Origin: Oligoflexia bacterium
GTDB taxonomy: Bacteria; Bdellovibrionota; Bdellovibrionia; JABDDW01
DNA: 58,744 nucleotides
Assembly (NCBI GenBank): GCA_043732305.1
Contig: JAYTHU010000196.1
Coordinates: 1-58,744, forward strand
Reading direction: 5' to 3'
A program made the translations under genes and the position numbers. The notes under the pieces are model-generated. The model did no database searches, had not been told where the DNA came from, and saw only the letters and a program-made list of their open reading frames with translations. This document shows positions 29,334 to 39,278 of this stretch, one piece after another; position 1 is the first letter of the stretch; each line of letters starts with the position of its first letter.

Positions 29334-31148
29334 TTACTTCCCCGAAATCAAGAGCGGACTGCCCTTTACCTCAGCAGCGCAGTTGAGCACTTCTTGGCCT
29401 GCCAAAAGTTGGTAGTCAGCGTAGCCGATGCTATCCATCTGAGCTTTTTCGATTTTCTGAGCCACTTGACGATCCCGACACATGTTTATGTTGGCTATTC
29501 TCATCTTTCTATCCGCAGAGATCTCTGGTCTTGGAGTCACTTGCGTCAGAGGGTTGGTGAAAATGTCTGCTTCTCGAGGTGCATATCTTTCTTCCAAAGT
29601 TGCATCCGATTTAAAAGGTGCTACGAAATCTGGCGTTACCCCAATGATTTGTGTCGACCAACCACGAGGCAAAAAGAATCTTGAGTCTGTTTCTCGCAAA
29701 TAAAGTCCTTTGGTGAGGAATGAAAATTTGTTGATAGTAGCCAGAGCACCCTTGTTTCCTAGTTTTGCACTATCCAAAACGGAATCCGAAGGCATCATAT
29801 TTTGGGCGGAACCTTTGCCAAATGAGTTTTCTCCCACAACCCAAGCCCGGTCGTAATCTTGGAGGGTGCCTGCTAGAATTTCAGATGCGCTGGCGGATCT
29901 TGCGTCAGTAAGGACAACTAAAGGTTGGCTAAAAACTCTCATCGGACGATCAAAATAAATTTGATCGTGAGAACTCATTTTGCCATTGTTGGAGATGTCT
30001 GTACCGATGACTTGCTGAATCTCGTTTGTTTTTGGATCTTTAAAGACCACGATAGCTTGTCCGAATCCTACGAGGTATGACGCTAAGCATGAAGCTTGTT
30101 GAGCTATGCCGCCGCCGTTTCCACGGAGATCAATAATAAACCCACTCACTTTTTGTTTTTCTAAGCTACTGAGAGCATCATAAAAATTATTGCAGAGATC
30201 TTGAGACATGAAATCAGCAAATTTTACGTAACCATATGATTTGCCTTCGTCAGCAATCACGCGACTTTCGAATTTTTTGACCGTGATTTTTTTTCTAGTG
30301 ATGGTCAAAGTAATCGTTTGATTTTTTCGAAAAACGTCGAGTGTGACTTTTGTGTCAGGTTCCCCTCGAAGAGCGGCAACTGCTGCCGCAGTACCTTTCG
30401 TTGCATCCACGGGTCCTTTGGGACCTTGAACCACCACTATGCGATCTCCGAGTTTCATTCCGTCCTGCTCGGCAACCGACCCGTTTAAAAATTGGGTGAC
30501 TATAATTCCAGATTTAGACGTGGTGATTGAAATCCCTAGCCCTGCAAAATCATTGTTGGGTTTCATCATGTCTTGCATGAGGGTGACCGGATCGATATTT
30601 GTGTGTGGATCAAAAGCTTGATGGAGATAATCGTTGATAGCATCTCCAACAGACAATTTGAGATCCTGCGGATCTTTTATGCTTTTAACCAATTTGTCGA
30701 TGATCTTGGTGAAAGGAATTTTGTTCGGCGCCTGGAGTAAATCTGTGATCTTGTTTTCGAGATCAATAGAATTTTTTTTTTGATCGGCCAATTCCTCAAA
30801 CAAACCTTTCGGTTTTGCACTGGGATCTGGCTTGGTGACGTTTTCTCCATATGTGTATCCCGGTCCAAGTTCTAACACCTGAATCTTGATTTCCGGATGA
30901 CTGGAGACAAACGAAGTTGGGAAAAAGTTAAGATATGGATTTGCCTGGGTGTCCCTGGCAAATGCCGCAACGGCGTAAAAGCAACCAATTAGCTTTTGTT
31001 TTCCTTGGTAACAGTTGGTTGTGTTGACCACCTGTTCAAGGCTATCGACGGTGATGTCCGTCATATTCCAATATTGTTGTGGTGTGGTGTCTGCGCCAAA
31101 AACGTTAGCGCTGATTAAAAATGACAATAAAATAATGATATTTTTCAT
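29334..31148 (-). CDS. S41 C-terminal processing peptidase with PDZ domain, secreted
   Basis: DPHT, GLGI, IIDLRGNGGG, SASASEILAG, SFGKGS; start ATG 31148 with signal peptide. Confidence 0.92.
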   Translation of the reverse strand: MKNIIILLSFLISANVFGADTTPQQYWNMTDITVDSLEQVVNTTNCYQGKQKLIGCFYAVAAFARDTQANPYLNFFPTSFVSSHPEIKIQVLELGPGYTYGENVTKPDPSAKPKGLFEELADQKKNSIDLENKITDLLQAPNKIPFTKIIDKLVKSIKDPQDLKLSVGDAINDYLHQAFDPHTNIDPVTLMQDMMKPNNDFAGLGISITTSKSGIIVTQFLNGSVAEQDGMKLGDRIVVVQGPKGPVDATKGTAAAVAALRGEPDTKVTLDVFRKNQTITLTITRKKITVKKFESRVIADEGKSYGYVKFADFMSQDLCNNFYDALSSLEKQKVSGFIIDLRGNGGGIAQQASCLASYLVGFGQAIVVFKDPKTNEIQQVIGTDISNNGKMSSHDQIYFDRPMRVFSQPLVVLTDARSASASEILAGTLQDYDRAWVVGENSFGKGSAQNMMPSDSVLDSAKLGNKGALATINKFSFLTKGLYLRETDSRFFLPRGWSTQIIGVTPDFVAPFKSDATLEERYAPREADIFTNPLTQVTPRPEISADRKMRIANINMCRDRQVAQKIEKAQMDSIGYADYQLLAGQEVLNCAAEVKGSPLLISGK

Positions 31149-31176
31149 CTTGAACCCCCCGGTTGCTAATTTCTTT

Positions 31177-31192
31177 AGCAATAGCGAGGCCA
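31177..31192 (-). promoter_or_regulatory. Putative sigma54 promoter for the S41 peptidase
   Basis: TGGCCTCGCTATTGCT (TGGC-N7-TTGC; GG-N10-GC). Confidence 0.6.
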
Positions 31193-31246
31193 AATGAAAA
31201 TTCTCGGCCGAGCAGTTAAGAGGGTAAGCGGCGAAGGGGAAAAGAA

Positions 31247-31282
31247 AAAGGCTCTGAAAAAGTTATTCTTTTTACAGAGCCT
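31247..31282 (-). terminator. Probable terminator after fadE
   Basis: AAGGCTCTG...CAGAGCCTT inverted repeat followed by TTTTCTTTT on the minus strand. Confidence 0.55.
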
Positions 31283-31303
31283 TGATATTTAAAACTATAA
31301 AAA

Positions 31304-33799
31304 TTACTGAGCTAACTTCACTTCTTTGAATTTAGACAAGTGAACTTCGGGGCTGTCGGTAGTGGGTTTGTGCCCCAGATATTCTTCTTGTGAAAAGTCG
31401 TCAACTTGAATGGCATCGAGTCTCCATTTTTCAGCTTCAACTAAAAGTGCTTTTTCATCGGCGGTGATCACGTTTTTGGCGAGAGCATCGTCAATAAGCT
31501 TCATACCTTTAGCGCGAACAAGTTTCTTAGCCTTTACTGCAGCATGCATGCGTTGTTCGATGGGCTCTGACTTCTTTGTCAGCTTGAAAGCATGATCGAG
31601 TCTTGCCATTTGTTCGTTTAAATCTTCCGGCATGAAGCAAAGTTCGGTCAAGCGATCGCGCTGCTGCGAATCCGTCATGATCAGTTTTGCAATCTTATGA
31701 GTGTGAGCGTCTATGTCCTCACCAGCCAAAGTGTTCAAACTGCTCCACCAGCTAAGCGGTCCTTTGAAGAGCCAAGTCAACCCGGGAACTTCTAGATTTT
31801 GAAAAATCCCATCGAAGGCTTTTTGAATTTCAAACAAAATGAAATTCATAGAGTAGTGAACGAAGGGGAGGTCTTCTTTCTTAGCACCTTCAGCTTGGAA
31901 GCGTCTCAGAACCGCAGTTCCGATGTACATCCAACCCAAGATGTCTGCAAAACGTCCGGTGATTTTCTCTTTCATTTTGAGTTTGCCACCGAGAGAAGCC
32001 ATCGCGATATCAGCAAGGATTGCAAAGCTTGCCGAAACCCAAGTGAGTTTACGGTAATATTTAGCGGTGCTTCCACGAATCGGACTGAAGTAAATGAAAC
32101 CTCGAGTACAGCTCAAAACAACCGATCTAAAAGTATTTCTAACCACGTGTCCGATGTGACCCCAAAAGGCAGAATCGAATCCAGCGACGTCGCCCTTTTC
32201 CATGGCCGCGACTTCTCTGTAAGCAAAAGGATGGGCGCGCAAAGCGCCTTGTCCAAAGATGATCAGTGTACGAGTTAGAATGTTTGCCCCTTCAACGGTT
32301 ATTCCAATTGGAACTGTGAAGTAAGCATTGGCTAATAAATTTCTCGGTCCGCGAGAAATTCCAGATCCCCCGGCAATGTCCAGAGAGTCATTGATGACTC
32401 TACGTCCAAGTTCGGTAGAAAAATACTTGATGATGGCCGTGACAACAGGTGGTTTGAGGCCTTTGTTCAATGCGCCAGCAGTGTATTTTCTCATGGCTTC
32501 AATGATGTAAGTGAATCCGGCCACTCGAGCGAGAGGTTGCTCGATGCCTTCAAAATTTCCAATGGCTGTTCCAAACTGTTGACGAACTGCCGCGTGCGCG
32601 CTCACCACTCGCGTGCAGAGTTGAGCTCCACCAGCGGATTGACCGGGGAGAGAAATGCCTCGGCCGGCGGCCAAACATTCCATAAGCATCTGCCAACCTT
32701 TGCCAGCATTGGGAAGTCCGCCGACAATCGCATCAGCTGATACGATGACGTCATGACCTTGCGTGGGGCAGTTGTAAAAAGGAATTCCCATCGGATCATG
32801 ACGTTGTCCAACAACCACTCCAGCAGTATTGGTTGGGATAAGTGCGCAAGTGATTCCGACGTCTTCGCCTTTACCTAATAAGTTATTAGGATCTTTAAGT
32901 TTGAAGGCTAATCCCAAAACAGATGAAATAGCGGCGAGTGTGATCCAGCGTTTGTTCCAGTTAAGTTTGACGTACATTTTTCCGTCGTCACCCTTAAACA
33001 AGATTCCTGTGGATTGAATTGCACCGGCATCACTGCCTGCAGTGGGCTCAGTGAGTGCGAAGCAAGGCATTTCTTCGCCGCTCGCCAAACGTGGCAGATA
33101 ATGTTTTTTCTGTTCGTCAGTTCCATAGTGAATCAAAAGCTCTGCGGGCCCTAGACTATTGGGAACCATCACAGAAATTGTGACCGGTGCACTTCTTGAT
33201 GCGAGTACAGTGATGACATGAGAATGTGCAAGAGCAGAAAGTCCAAGACCACCGTACTCTTTAGGAATAATCATGCCAAAGAATTTTTCTTTCTTCAGAT
33301 GATCCCAAACTTTTTTAGGAAGCTCACGATTTTTCCAAATTTCCCAATCGTTGGTGATCTCACAAAGTTTTTCGAGAGGACCATCCATGAACGCTTGTTC
33401 TTCAGCGGTCAAATCGGGATAAGGCTCAGCCATTAATTTTTTGAAATCTGGTTTGCCAGAGAACAAATCTTTTTCAATCCAAACCACACCGGCATCGAGT
33501 GCCACGCGTTCGGTTCCGGAAATTTTAGGCATGATGCCAAGTTTATCCATAACCTTCATAACAATACTTGTAACAAGCATCGCCCGAATCGGTTTGATAT
33601 TGAAAATCGCCGCGATCACCACATAGGCAATCATCAAAGGCAAAGGAGCCTTGAAACCAATCATGGTGATCAGACCTGCAAAGGTCCAAACAATAAGTGG
33701 TGCGCCGTTATAACCAATAACAACGAATGCAAGAGCAGTTATGGCAATGGCGTAGGGGAAATGCAAAAACAGGCCGTAGACTGAACTGAAAAACTCCAT
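31304..33799 (-). CDS. fadE: Acyl-CoA dehydrogenase FadE (long form)
   Basis: MVPNSLGPAELL, FALTEPTAGSDA, KRWITLA, ITVEGANILTR, DUF1974-like C-terminus. Confidence 0.95.
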   Translation of the reverse strand: MEFFSSVYGLFLHFPYAIAITALAFVVIGYNGAPLIVWTFAGLITMIGFKAPLPLMIAYVVIAAIFNIKPIRAMLVTSIVMKVMDKLGIMPKISGTERVALDAGVVWIEKDLFSGKPDFKKLMAEPYPDLTAEEQAFMDGPLEKLCEITNDWEIWKNRELPKKVWDHLKKEKFFGMIIPKEYGGLGLSALAHSHVITVLASRSAPVTISVMVPNSLGPAELLIHYGTDEQKKHYLPRLASGEEMPCFALTEPTAGSDAGAIQSTGILFKGDDGKMYVKLNWNKRWITLAAISSVLGLAFKLKDPNNLLGKGEDVGITCALIPTNTAGVVVGQRHDPMGIPFYNCPTQGHDVIVSADAIVGGLPNAGKGWQMLMECLAAGRGISLPGQSAGGAQLCTRVVSAHAAVRQQFGTAIGNFEGIEQPLARVAGFTYIIEAMRKYTAGALNKGLKPPVVTAIIKYFSTELGRRVINDSLDIAGGSGISRGPRNLLANAYFTVPIGITVEGANILTRTLIIFGQGALRAHPFAYREVAAMEKGDVAGFDSAFWGHIGHVVRNTFRSVVLSCTRGFIYFSPIRGSTAKYYRKLTWVSASFAILADIAMASLGGKLKMKEKITGRFADILGWMYIGTAVLRRFQAEGAKKEDLPFVHYSMNFILFEIQKAFDGIFQNLEVPGLTWLFKGPLSWWSSLNTLAGEDIDAHTHKIAKLIMTDSQQRDRLTELCFMPEDLNEQMARLDHAFKLTKKSEPIEQRMHAAVKAKKLVRAKGMKLIDDALAKNVITADEKALLVEAEKWRLDAIQVDDFSQEEYLGHKPTTDSPEVHLSKFKEVKLAQ

Positions 33800-33918
33800 G
33801 GGAATTCTCCTTCTGTGAAGAGCGGTTTTGATAAGTTAAAAGTCACCTTCCAAGCATAATATGTCAATGGCACTTATCGGAAAAATAATTACAAATTTAA
33901 TGGCTAGTCGGGTCGATT

Positions 33919-34740
33919 TTAGCTCTTAGGAGGCCATAGAAAGAATGCCGAGGTGCGCAACTGATATTGACGATAAATTTCTCCCTTGCTTCGTAGTGAA
34001 AGTTCTTCCGTGATAGGAATTCCTGTGACCTTAGTCAGAAAAAAATACATTAAAATCGGACAATAAATGGAGACCCAGCCCATGGGACTACTTAGTGAAA
34101 AAACGAAGTAACCAATCCAGATAAACCATTCGAAAAAATAGTTTGGATGACGTGAATATTTCCACAGGCCTTGGTCGCAAACTTGGCCTTTATTTTTTGG
34201 ATTTGCTTTGAATGCTTTGAGTTGTGAATCTGCTTTTGATTCCCCAACAAGTGCGACGAGCCAAAGGGTAAAGCCAGAGACCTCTAACAGTGAAATCGTA
34301 GATGCTGAGTTTTTGAGAATGAAATAAAATGGTGCCGTCAACAAAACCACAGTGATAGCTTGGAATTGAAAAAAAACAAAAAATTTTGAATTGAGACTTG
34401 GGCCTGCCCATTTTTTTCTCAACTCAACATATCGAATGTCTTCTATGGGGTGATGACTTTTGAGGCGTTTAAAGAGGTGAGTTGCCAGGCGCAAACTCCA
34501 CCCGCAAACCATAAATAGAAAAAGAATCCTTCTCAGCTGAAATGGTCCGACTTCAGGATTCAGCGGTTTTTCAAATACTGCGGTAAGCAGCCAGTACCCG
34601 AGGGTGACGATAGCAAAGCTCGCGCTCCAAATGAAATCAACGAACCCGAAGTTTTTTATTTTTACACAAATAAACCATGCGATGGTCATAACCAGCATGA
34701 TAAGCAAAGCATTGATTGAAATCGCCGAAATAAAATTCAT
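33919..34740 (-). CDS. DUF1295 / steroid 5-alpha-reductase-like membrane protein
   Basis: VDFIWS, EDIRY, ADSQL, GLWKYSRHPNYFFEW. Confidence 0.9.
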   Translation of the reverse strand: MNFISAISINALLIMLVMTIAWFICVKIKNFGFVDFIWSASFAIVTLGYWLLTAVFEKPLNPEVGPFQLRRILFLFMVCGWSLRLATHLFKRLKSHHPIEDIRYVELRKKWAGPSLNSKFFVFFQFQAITVVLLTAPFYFILKNSASTISLLEVSGFTLWLVALVGESKADSQLKAFKANPKNKGQVCDQGLWKYSRHPNYFFEWFIWIGYFVFSLSSPMGWVSIYCPILMYFFLTKVTGIPITEELSLRSKGEIYRQYQLRTSAFFLWPPKS

Positions 34741-34761
34741 TTTGTTTCCTCGCTTTTTAGT

Positions 34762-35685
34762 TTAACCGATAGGCTCGAAGCCGTGAATCTTCGAGATGTC
34801 CAATGTGACTTTTCCTCGCTTCGTGAGCTTGATGATGTCAGAAAATCGATGGTTTGTCAGAATATCACTTGGCACGTAGGACATCCGGGCGTGAACAGTT
34901 TGTGCAAATGTTTCATCTATACCGGTAATGTTCACAAAAATTTCTGCATTCGCATCAGCAAGTTCTTTGAGATTTTTTCCGAACAGCGGACTTTCTTTAT
35001 CAATCACGTGAACGATCGTCCAGCTGAGAGCGAATACTGGGGAATTACTCCGCTCCAATTTCAAGTCATGAAAGTTGCGATAGCTTTCGCCTTCTTTTGT
35101 GACCTCCGTGATGAGCATGGTCACGTGAGCAGTCGCCTCTGCAATTTGATTCATGCGCGCGTTCGCCACTCGAAACAAAAGGGAGACTTCACCATCAATG
35201 ACTTGCATAAGTGCATGATTGCTGAAAACAACTTTGGATGTGGGTTTGCTGAACCTTGCAAACACTAATCCTGTTTGCAAGGCAATCGCAAATAATCCTA
35301 CCAACGCTTGGACTGTCATAATCATGTTGGCTTCGAAACTAATTGGAGTGAGTTTCCCGTAGCCGATTGTTGCTAGTGTTTGTACGCTGAAGAAAAAACA
35401 TTCTTCAAAACGTATAAGTGGATTTGTCATGGACGCACCTTCGAGAGCGCCAGGACCGAGAAGCCAATATAGAACGGCAAAAAACGTGTTGATTAAAAAA
35501 TATATCGCGATGAGATATAGAATAAAAGTTTTCCAGCTGGAGGACAAAAGTGAATGATACAAATCATTGGCTTTAAAAAGATTGGAGCTTTTGCGCTCAA
35601 TATTAAAAGTACCGTCTCTATTGAGAAGGCGAAATGTTTTGGGTATATCTGTTGCTAAATCCGAACGTTTTTCTGATTTTCTCAT
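34762..35685 (-). CDS. KirBac-type inward rectifier K+ channel
   Basis: FFFSVQTLATIGYG, FARFSKP, LLFRVANAR, SWTIVHVIDKESPL; start moved to MRKSEK (ATG 35685). Confidence 0.92.
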   Translation of the reverse strand: MRKSEKRSDLATDIPKTFRLLNRDGTFNIERKSSNLFKANDLYHSLLSSSWKTFILYLIAIYFLINTFFAVLYWLLGPGALEGASMTNPLIRFEECFFFSVQTLATIGYGKLTPISFEANMIMTVQALVGLFAIALQTGLVFARFSKPTSKVVFSNHALMQVIDGEVSLLFRVANARMNQIAEATAHVTMLITEVTKEGESYRNFHDLKLERSNSPVFALSWTIVHVIDKESPLFGKNLKELADANAEIFVNITGIDETFAQTVHARMSYVPSDILTNHRFSDIIKLTKRGKVTLDISKIHGFEPIG

Positions 35686-35785
35686 ATGCCTAAAACATAG
35701 AGCTAAAAGGGTTGCATCGCAAACTATAACTATGTTAATTTTCCTGCGAAATATGGGCAAATAAGAAGCAAATAAAGAGGCGATT

Positions 35786-36265
35786 ATGACAAAAAATGCA
35801 AAAGTTTATTCGATCGATTACAGAGTCAAAGACAACAAGGGTTTGTTATTAGATGAATCTGCTCCGGGAGAACCTTTGTTTTTCATGGAAGGTTCAAGAC
35901 AAGTGATTCCTGCTTTGGAAGAAGCCGTCAAGCTTCTCAAGCAAGGTGAGAAAAAAGACATCGAGCTGAAAGCAATAGATGCTTACGGCGAATTTGATCC
36001 TTCTGCCATCACTGAAGTGCCACTGAATCAACTGCCCCCCAGTGAAAATCTAAAAGTGGGTGATAATTTCTGGGCAGAAACTGAAAATGGTCGCAGACCC
36101 TTTCGCGTGATGAAAATTTCTTCCACTCATGCAACCATGGATGGAAATCATCCTTTGGCAGGACAAGATCTTTCATTCACCGTGACTTTAGTCGAGTCCA
36201 GAGATGCTACCCAAGAAGAAATGGCTCACGGTCATGCTCATGGTGGCGATGGACATCATCACTAA
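35786..36265 (+). CDS. slyD: FKBP-type peptidyl-prolyl isomerase SlyD
   Basis: IPALEE, AYG, DGNHPLAGQDL, His-rich tail. Confidence 0.93.
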   Translation: MTKNAKVYSIDYRVKDNKGLLLDESAPGEPLFFMEGSRQVIPALEEAVKLLKQGEKKDIELKAIDAYGEFDPSAITEVPLNQLPPSENLKVGDNFWAETENGRRPFRVMKISSTHATMDGNHPLAGQDLSFTVTLVESRDATQEEMAHGHAHGGDGHHH

Positions 36266-36313
36266 ATTAAGACAGAATAAAACCCTACATGAATTAACAA
36301 CAAGGAGAATACT

Positions 36314-36928
36314 GTGAAAACGATTCTAGTTCTGCTGCTTGCGCTTGGCTTTTCAAACGCGTTTGCCGACACTTTTAAAATTGATTCTGCTCACTCAGCC
36401 GTCACATTTAAAGTTCGTCATCTTTTGTCTAAGACAGAAGGAAAATTTAAAGATTTCGACGGAGAATTTACTTTCAACGAAAAAAATCCTGCAGAAGCTT
36501 CAGGCAAAATGACAATCAAAACTGCTAGCGTTGATACCAGTAATGAAAAACGTGACGGTCATTTGAAGTCGCCTGATTTCTTCGATGTCGCAAAATTCGA
36601 CAACATCACTTACGTCAGCAAAAAATTTAAAAAAGCTGGCAAAGATAAATACAAACTCGAAGGCGACATGACTCTTCGTGGAATCACCAAGCCCGTCGCT
36701 TTTGATGTGGAATATTTAGGAACAATGGAAAAAGATCCGTTCGGAATGAAGCGCATTTCTTTCACTGCTGTCACCAAAATCAATCGTAAAGATTTCGGAA
36801 TGGTTTGGAACAAATCTTTAGACGAAGAAGACGCCTCCGACAAAGCTAAGAAATTCATTTCCAAAAACATGCTCGGTGACGAAGTTGAAATCAACTTGAC
36901 CATCGAAGCAACCGCCGCCAAAAAGTAA
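36314..36928 (+). CDS. yceI: YceI-family polyisoprenoid-binding protein
   Basis: Signal peptide, IDSAHS, RDGHLKSPDFFD, GDMTLRGITKPV, INRKDFG. Confidence 0.93.
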   Translation: MKTILVLLLALGFSNAFADTFKIDSAHSAVTFKVRHLLSKTEGKFKDFDGEFTFNEKNPAEASGKMTIKTASVDTSNEKRDGHLKSPDFFDVAKFDNITYVSKKFKKAGKDKYKLEGDMTLRGITKPVAFDVEYLGTMEKDPFGMKRISFTAVTKINRKDFGMVWNKSLDEEDASDKAKKFISKNMLGDEVEINLTIEATAAKK

Positions 36929-36933
36929 CCCGT

Positions 36934-36971
36934 AGGTACCAGGTTCCTTTTGGTAGCGATACCGCGTCAAT
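36934..36971 (+). repeat. Copy A of the 38-bp element (left boundary of the TIGR02147 cassette)
   Basis: AGGTACCAGGTTCCTTTTGGTAGCGATACCGCGTCAAT; 31/38 identical to the reverse complement of 39241-39278. Confidence 0.85.
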
Positions 36972-36977
36972 ATTAGT

Positions 36978-37003
36978 AGGAGACCAGATGGTCTCCTTTT
37001 TTT
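36978..37003. terminator. Terminator hairpin between convergent yceI and TIGR02147 genes
   Basis: AGGAGACCA-G-A-TGGTCTCCT followed by a T-run. Confidence 0.7.
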
Positions 37004-37818
37004 TATTTCGTAAGCTTGAAAAAATCTAAATTGAAACTCACCATAACTTCTTCGTTTGACGAAGCTGCCACTTGCTTCACAAAATTTTGAATGAACTCAA
37101 TAGTCCTGGATTTTAATTCATCCGCATCTTTTTGAGAGAGCGTCGATACAGATGAATAATGCACATCAAAGTTATCCGAAAATTCAAGAGATTGAATAGC
37201 TTTGATTCGCCAATTGGTATGATGCTTTGGAATCAAAGCTGATCCTTGCTCTAAGTGTAGGTAGCTCGGGCCGGGAATAAGCTCGCCGTTTTTACTATTG
37301 ATCAGTCCGGCGGTGAGGAGAAATAAAATCACATTTTCAACCAATTTTGGTTTAAGGCTCAGAGCGTTTGCAATCTTACCGATTTCTCGCATTGATTTAA
37401 TTGTAATTGCCATATGAATGGCGATGTAAAACCACTGGCTGTAATATTGATTTTGCCATTCCTTGTTTTGAACTTCTTGGTGGAGCACGCGGTTTTTAAT
37501 ATTCAGATGTGTCTGTTTAAATTCTTCGATTTGTTGTTGGAAATATTCTCGCAGATCTTTTGTTCCCGCTCGGGCGTGTTCGATGAGGCAGAGCAGATAT
37601 TTTTCTTCCGCGGTTTTGAGCTCTAAAAACCTCGCAATGGCTAAACCCTGCTCGAGACTAAAATGGGCACCGCTGTTTAAAACTTGGGAGATAAAGGTGT
37701 TGTTGCATCCAGCAGCGGTAGCCAGTCTCGTCCTAAAGCCTTTGCGAAATTGTGATTCAATCTTAGCTATTTCAATTAAATAGGACTTGTAGTCAGAAAA
37801 TTCAAAGATATTTTTCAC
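37003..37818 (-). CDS. TIGR02147 / DUF4423 family putative HTH regulator
   Basis: IFEFSDYKSYL, LATAAGC..FISQVL, YYSQWFYIAIH, HHTNWRIKA, C-terminal FNLDFF. Confidence 0.85.
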   Translation of the reverse strand: MKNIFEFSDYKSYLIEIAKIESQFRKGFRTRLATAAGCNNTFISQVLNSGAHFSLEQGLAIARFLELKTAEEKYLLCLIEHARAGTKDLREYFQQQIEEFKQTHLNIKNRVLHQEVQNKEWQNQYYSQWFYIAIHMAITIKSMREIGKIANALSLKPKLVENVILFLLTAGLINSKNGELIPGPSYLHLEQGSALIPKHHTNWRIKAIQSLEFSDNFDVHYSSVSTLSQKDADELKSRTIEFIQNFVKQVAASSNEEVMVSFNLDFFKLTK

Positions 37819-37978
37819 AGTTATTCCAAAGGTTTAGTCTTAATGTTTAGTATTACTAAATTAACTATACATATTTTTAGATTAAATTACTACACTTATT
37901 TATGCAATGCATTAATATGGACCCATACGTATGACACTGAAGGTATTGGTATTGCACTTACATATTTATGGAGATTTT

Positions 37979-39178
37979 ATGAAAATATTTTATAATTTAA
38001 TTGTTGTTCTAATCAGTCTGTTTTCTTCCTTTTCGATGGCCGGCCATAGTGGGGGCGGAGGGAATTCGGAAAACAGCAGTTATCCAGCGACTGCTGAAGA
38101 GATTCGGCAGGTAGTCGAAAACCTAAAGCCAGGGTTGATATTGGCAGCTCATAAACTTCAAACCTTTACGGACTATTCATCCCAGATTTCCGAATTATCT
38201 AAAAAGGAAAGTAACCATGACTTTCTTTCTAAGTTGCTTGAGTTCCAGAATTTAGCTTTAAAACCTTTCTACGTCTCCAATCCGAAAACAAACATATATG
38301 CCGCAATCAGGAGAGCCCGATTTACTGTTGAAATGACAAAACCTTGTTATGAAGATGATGGAAAAACTGAATCTGATGGAAGCGTCATAACTAATGACGG
38401 CAGCATCTGCATCAGTGCCGAGCGTCTCATTCGAGATGTTCAAGGGAAAGATGGCAAAATATTACGAAGAAAACTTATGGCGAACGAACTCTACAAAGAA
38501 CTAACGGCATTAGGTTTTCACGAAATTTCTCACAGTGTTGGATTTGATGAGTCGCACGCTCAGAATGTTCAGATGCTTGTCCGAGATAACGTCACAAATG
38601 AAATGATATTGAAACTGGGCGCTGAAATTAAATATATTGAAGCGCAAATTTCCAGTTTTCTTTTTGATTCTCAACAATTGTCGAAGCAGATCCGTGCGAC
38701 GGAATTAAGCTCGACGGATCCCGATGATATGGCTAAAGCGACCAACAGTTGCTTAGCATTGGGCATGCTTATTGGTCGAATCGATTCGTTTACCACTAGC
38801 ATGGGATCAGACCCGATGGTTCAAGACACAAAAATTCTTTCGATTGTAGAAATGACGAGCTTATCTTTCGTACTTGAAAGCAAACTTCGAATCGCTTCCT
38901 ACTATTGCTTAGGGCCAAAATCCATAGTGATGGAAACTGATTTTTATATTCACCAGTTTGCTCCAAAATTTAATGGAAATCCAAGGACTCCGTTGAAAGC
39001 TTTCAATACTCAAGACATGTCCAAGAGTTTTCCGAGGGATTACAATAAATTCTTCGCAAACTTTATGGTGTCGAATTCGATCGCTGGGGGCTTGCCTGCG
39101 GTTGAGTTGGAAGTTTCAGAAGTTTCTAAGATGTTACTGACTCTTGGGAACTCCGTTCGCGCTCGATGGGCAAAGTGA
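37979..39178 (+). CDS. Hypothetical secreted protein with an HExxH motif
   Basis: Signal peptide followed by GHSGGGG; GFHEISH; start ATG 37979 with GGAG SD. Confidence 0.75.
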   Translation: MKIFYNLIVVLISLFSSFSMAGHSGGGGNSENSSYPATAEEIRQVVENLKPGLILAAHKLQTFTDYSSQISELSKKESNHDFLSKLLEFQNLALKPFYVSNPKTNIYAAIRRARFTVEMTKPCYEDDGKTESDGSVITNDGSICISAERLIRDVQGKDGKILRRKLMANELYKELTALGFHEISHSVGFDESHAQNVQMLVRDNVTNEMILKLGAEIKYIEAQISSFLFDSQQLSKQIRATELSSTDPDDMAKATNSCLALGMLIGRIDSFTTSMGSDPMVQDTKILSIVEMTSLSFVLESKLRIASYYCLGPKSIVMETDFYIHQFAPKFNGNPRTPLKAFNTQDMSKSFPRDYNKFFANFMVSNSIAGGLPAVELEVSEVSKMLLTLGNSVRARWAK

Positions 39179-39193
39179 TTAATTAAATCATTT

Positions 39194-39231
39194 AAACAAA
39201 AACCCAAATCTCTCGATTTGGGTTTTTGTTT
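39194..39231. terminator. Bidirectional intrinsic terminator
   Basis: Perfect 17-bp inverted repeat AAACAAAAACCCAAATC-TCTC-GATTTGGGTTTTTGTTT between convergent genes. Confidence 0.8.
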
Positions 39232-39240
39232 GCAGTTGGA

Positions 39241-39278
39241 ATTGACGCGCATGCGCTACCAAAAGGAACGGCGTACCT
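39241..39278 (-). repeat. Copy B of the 38-bp element (right boundary of the cassette, inverted)
   Basis: Minus strand reads AGGTACGCCGTTCCTTTTGGTAGCGCATGCGCGTCAAT. Confidence 0.85.
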
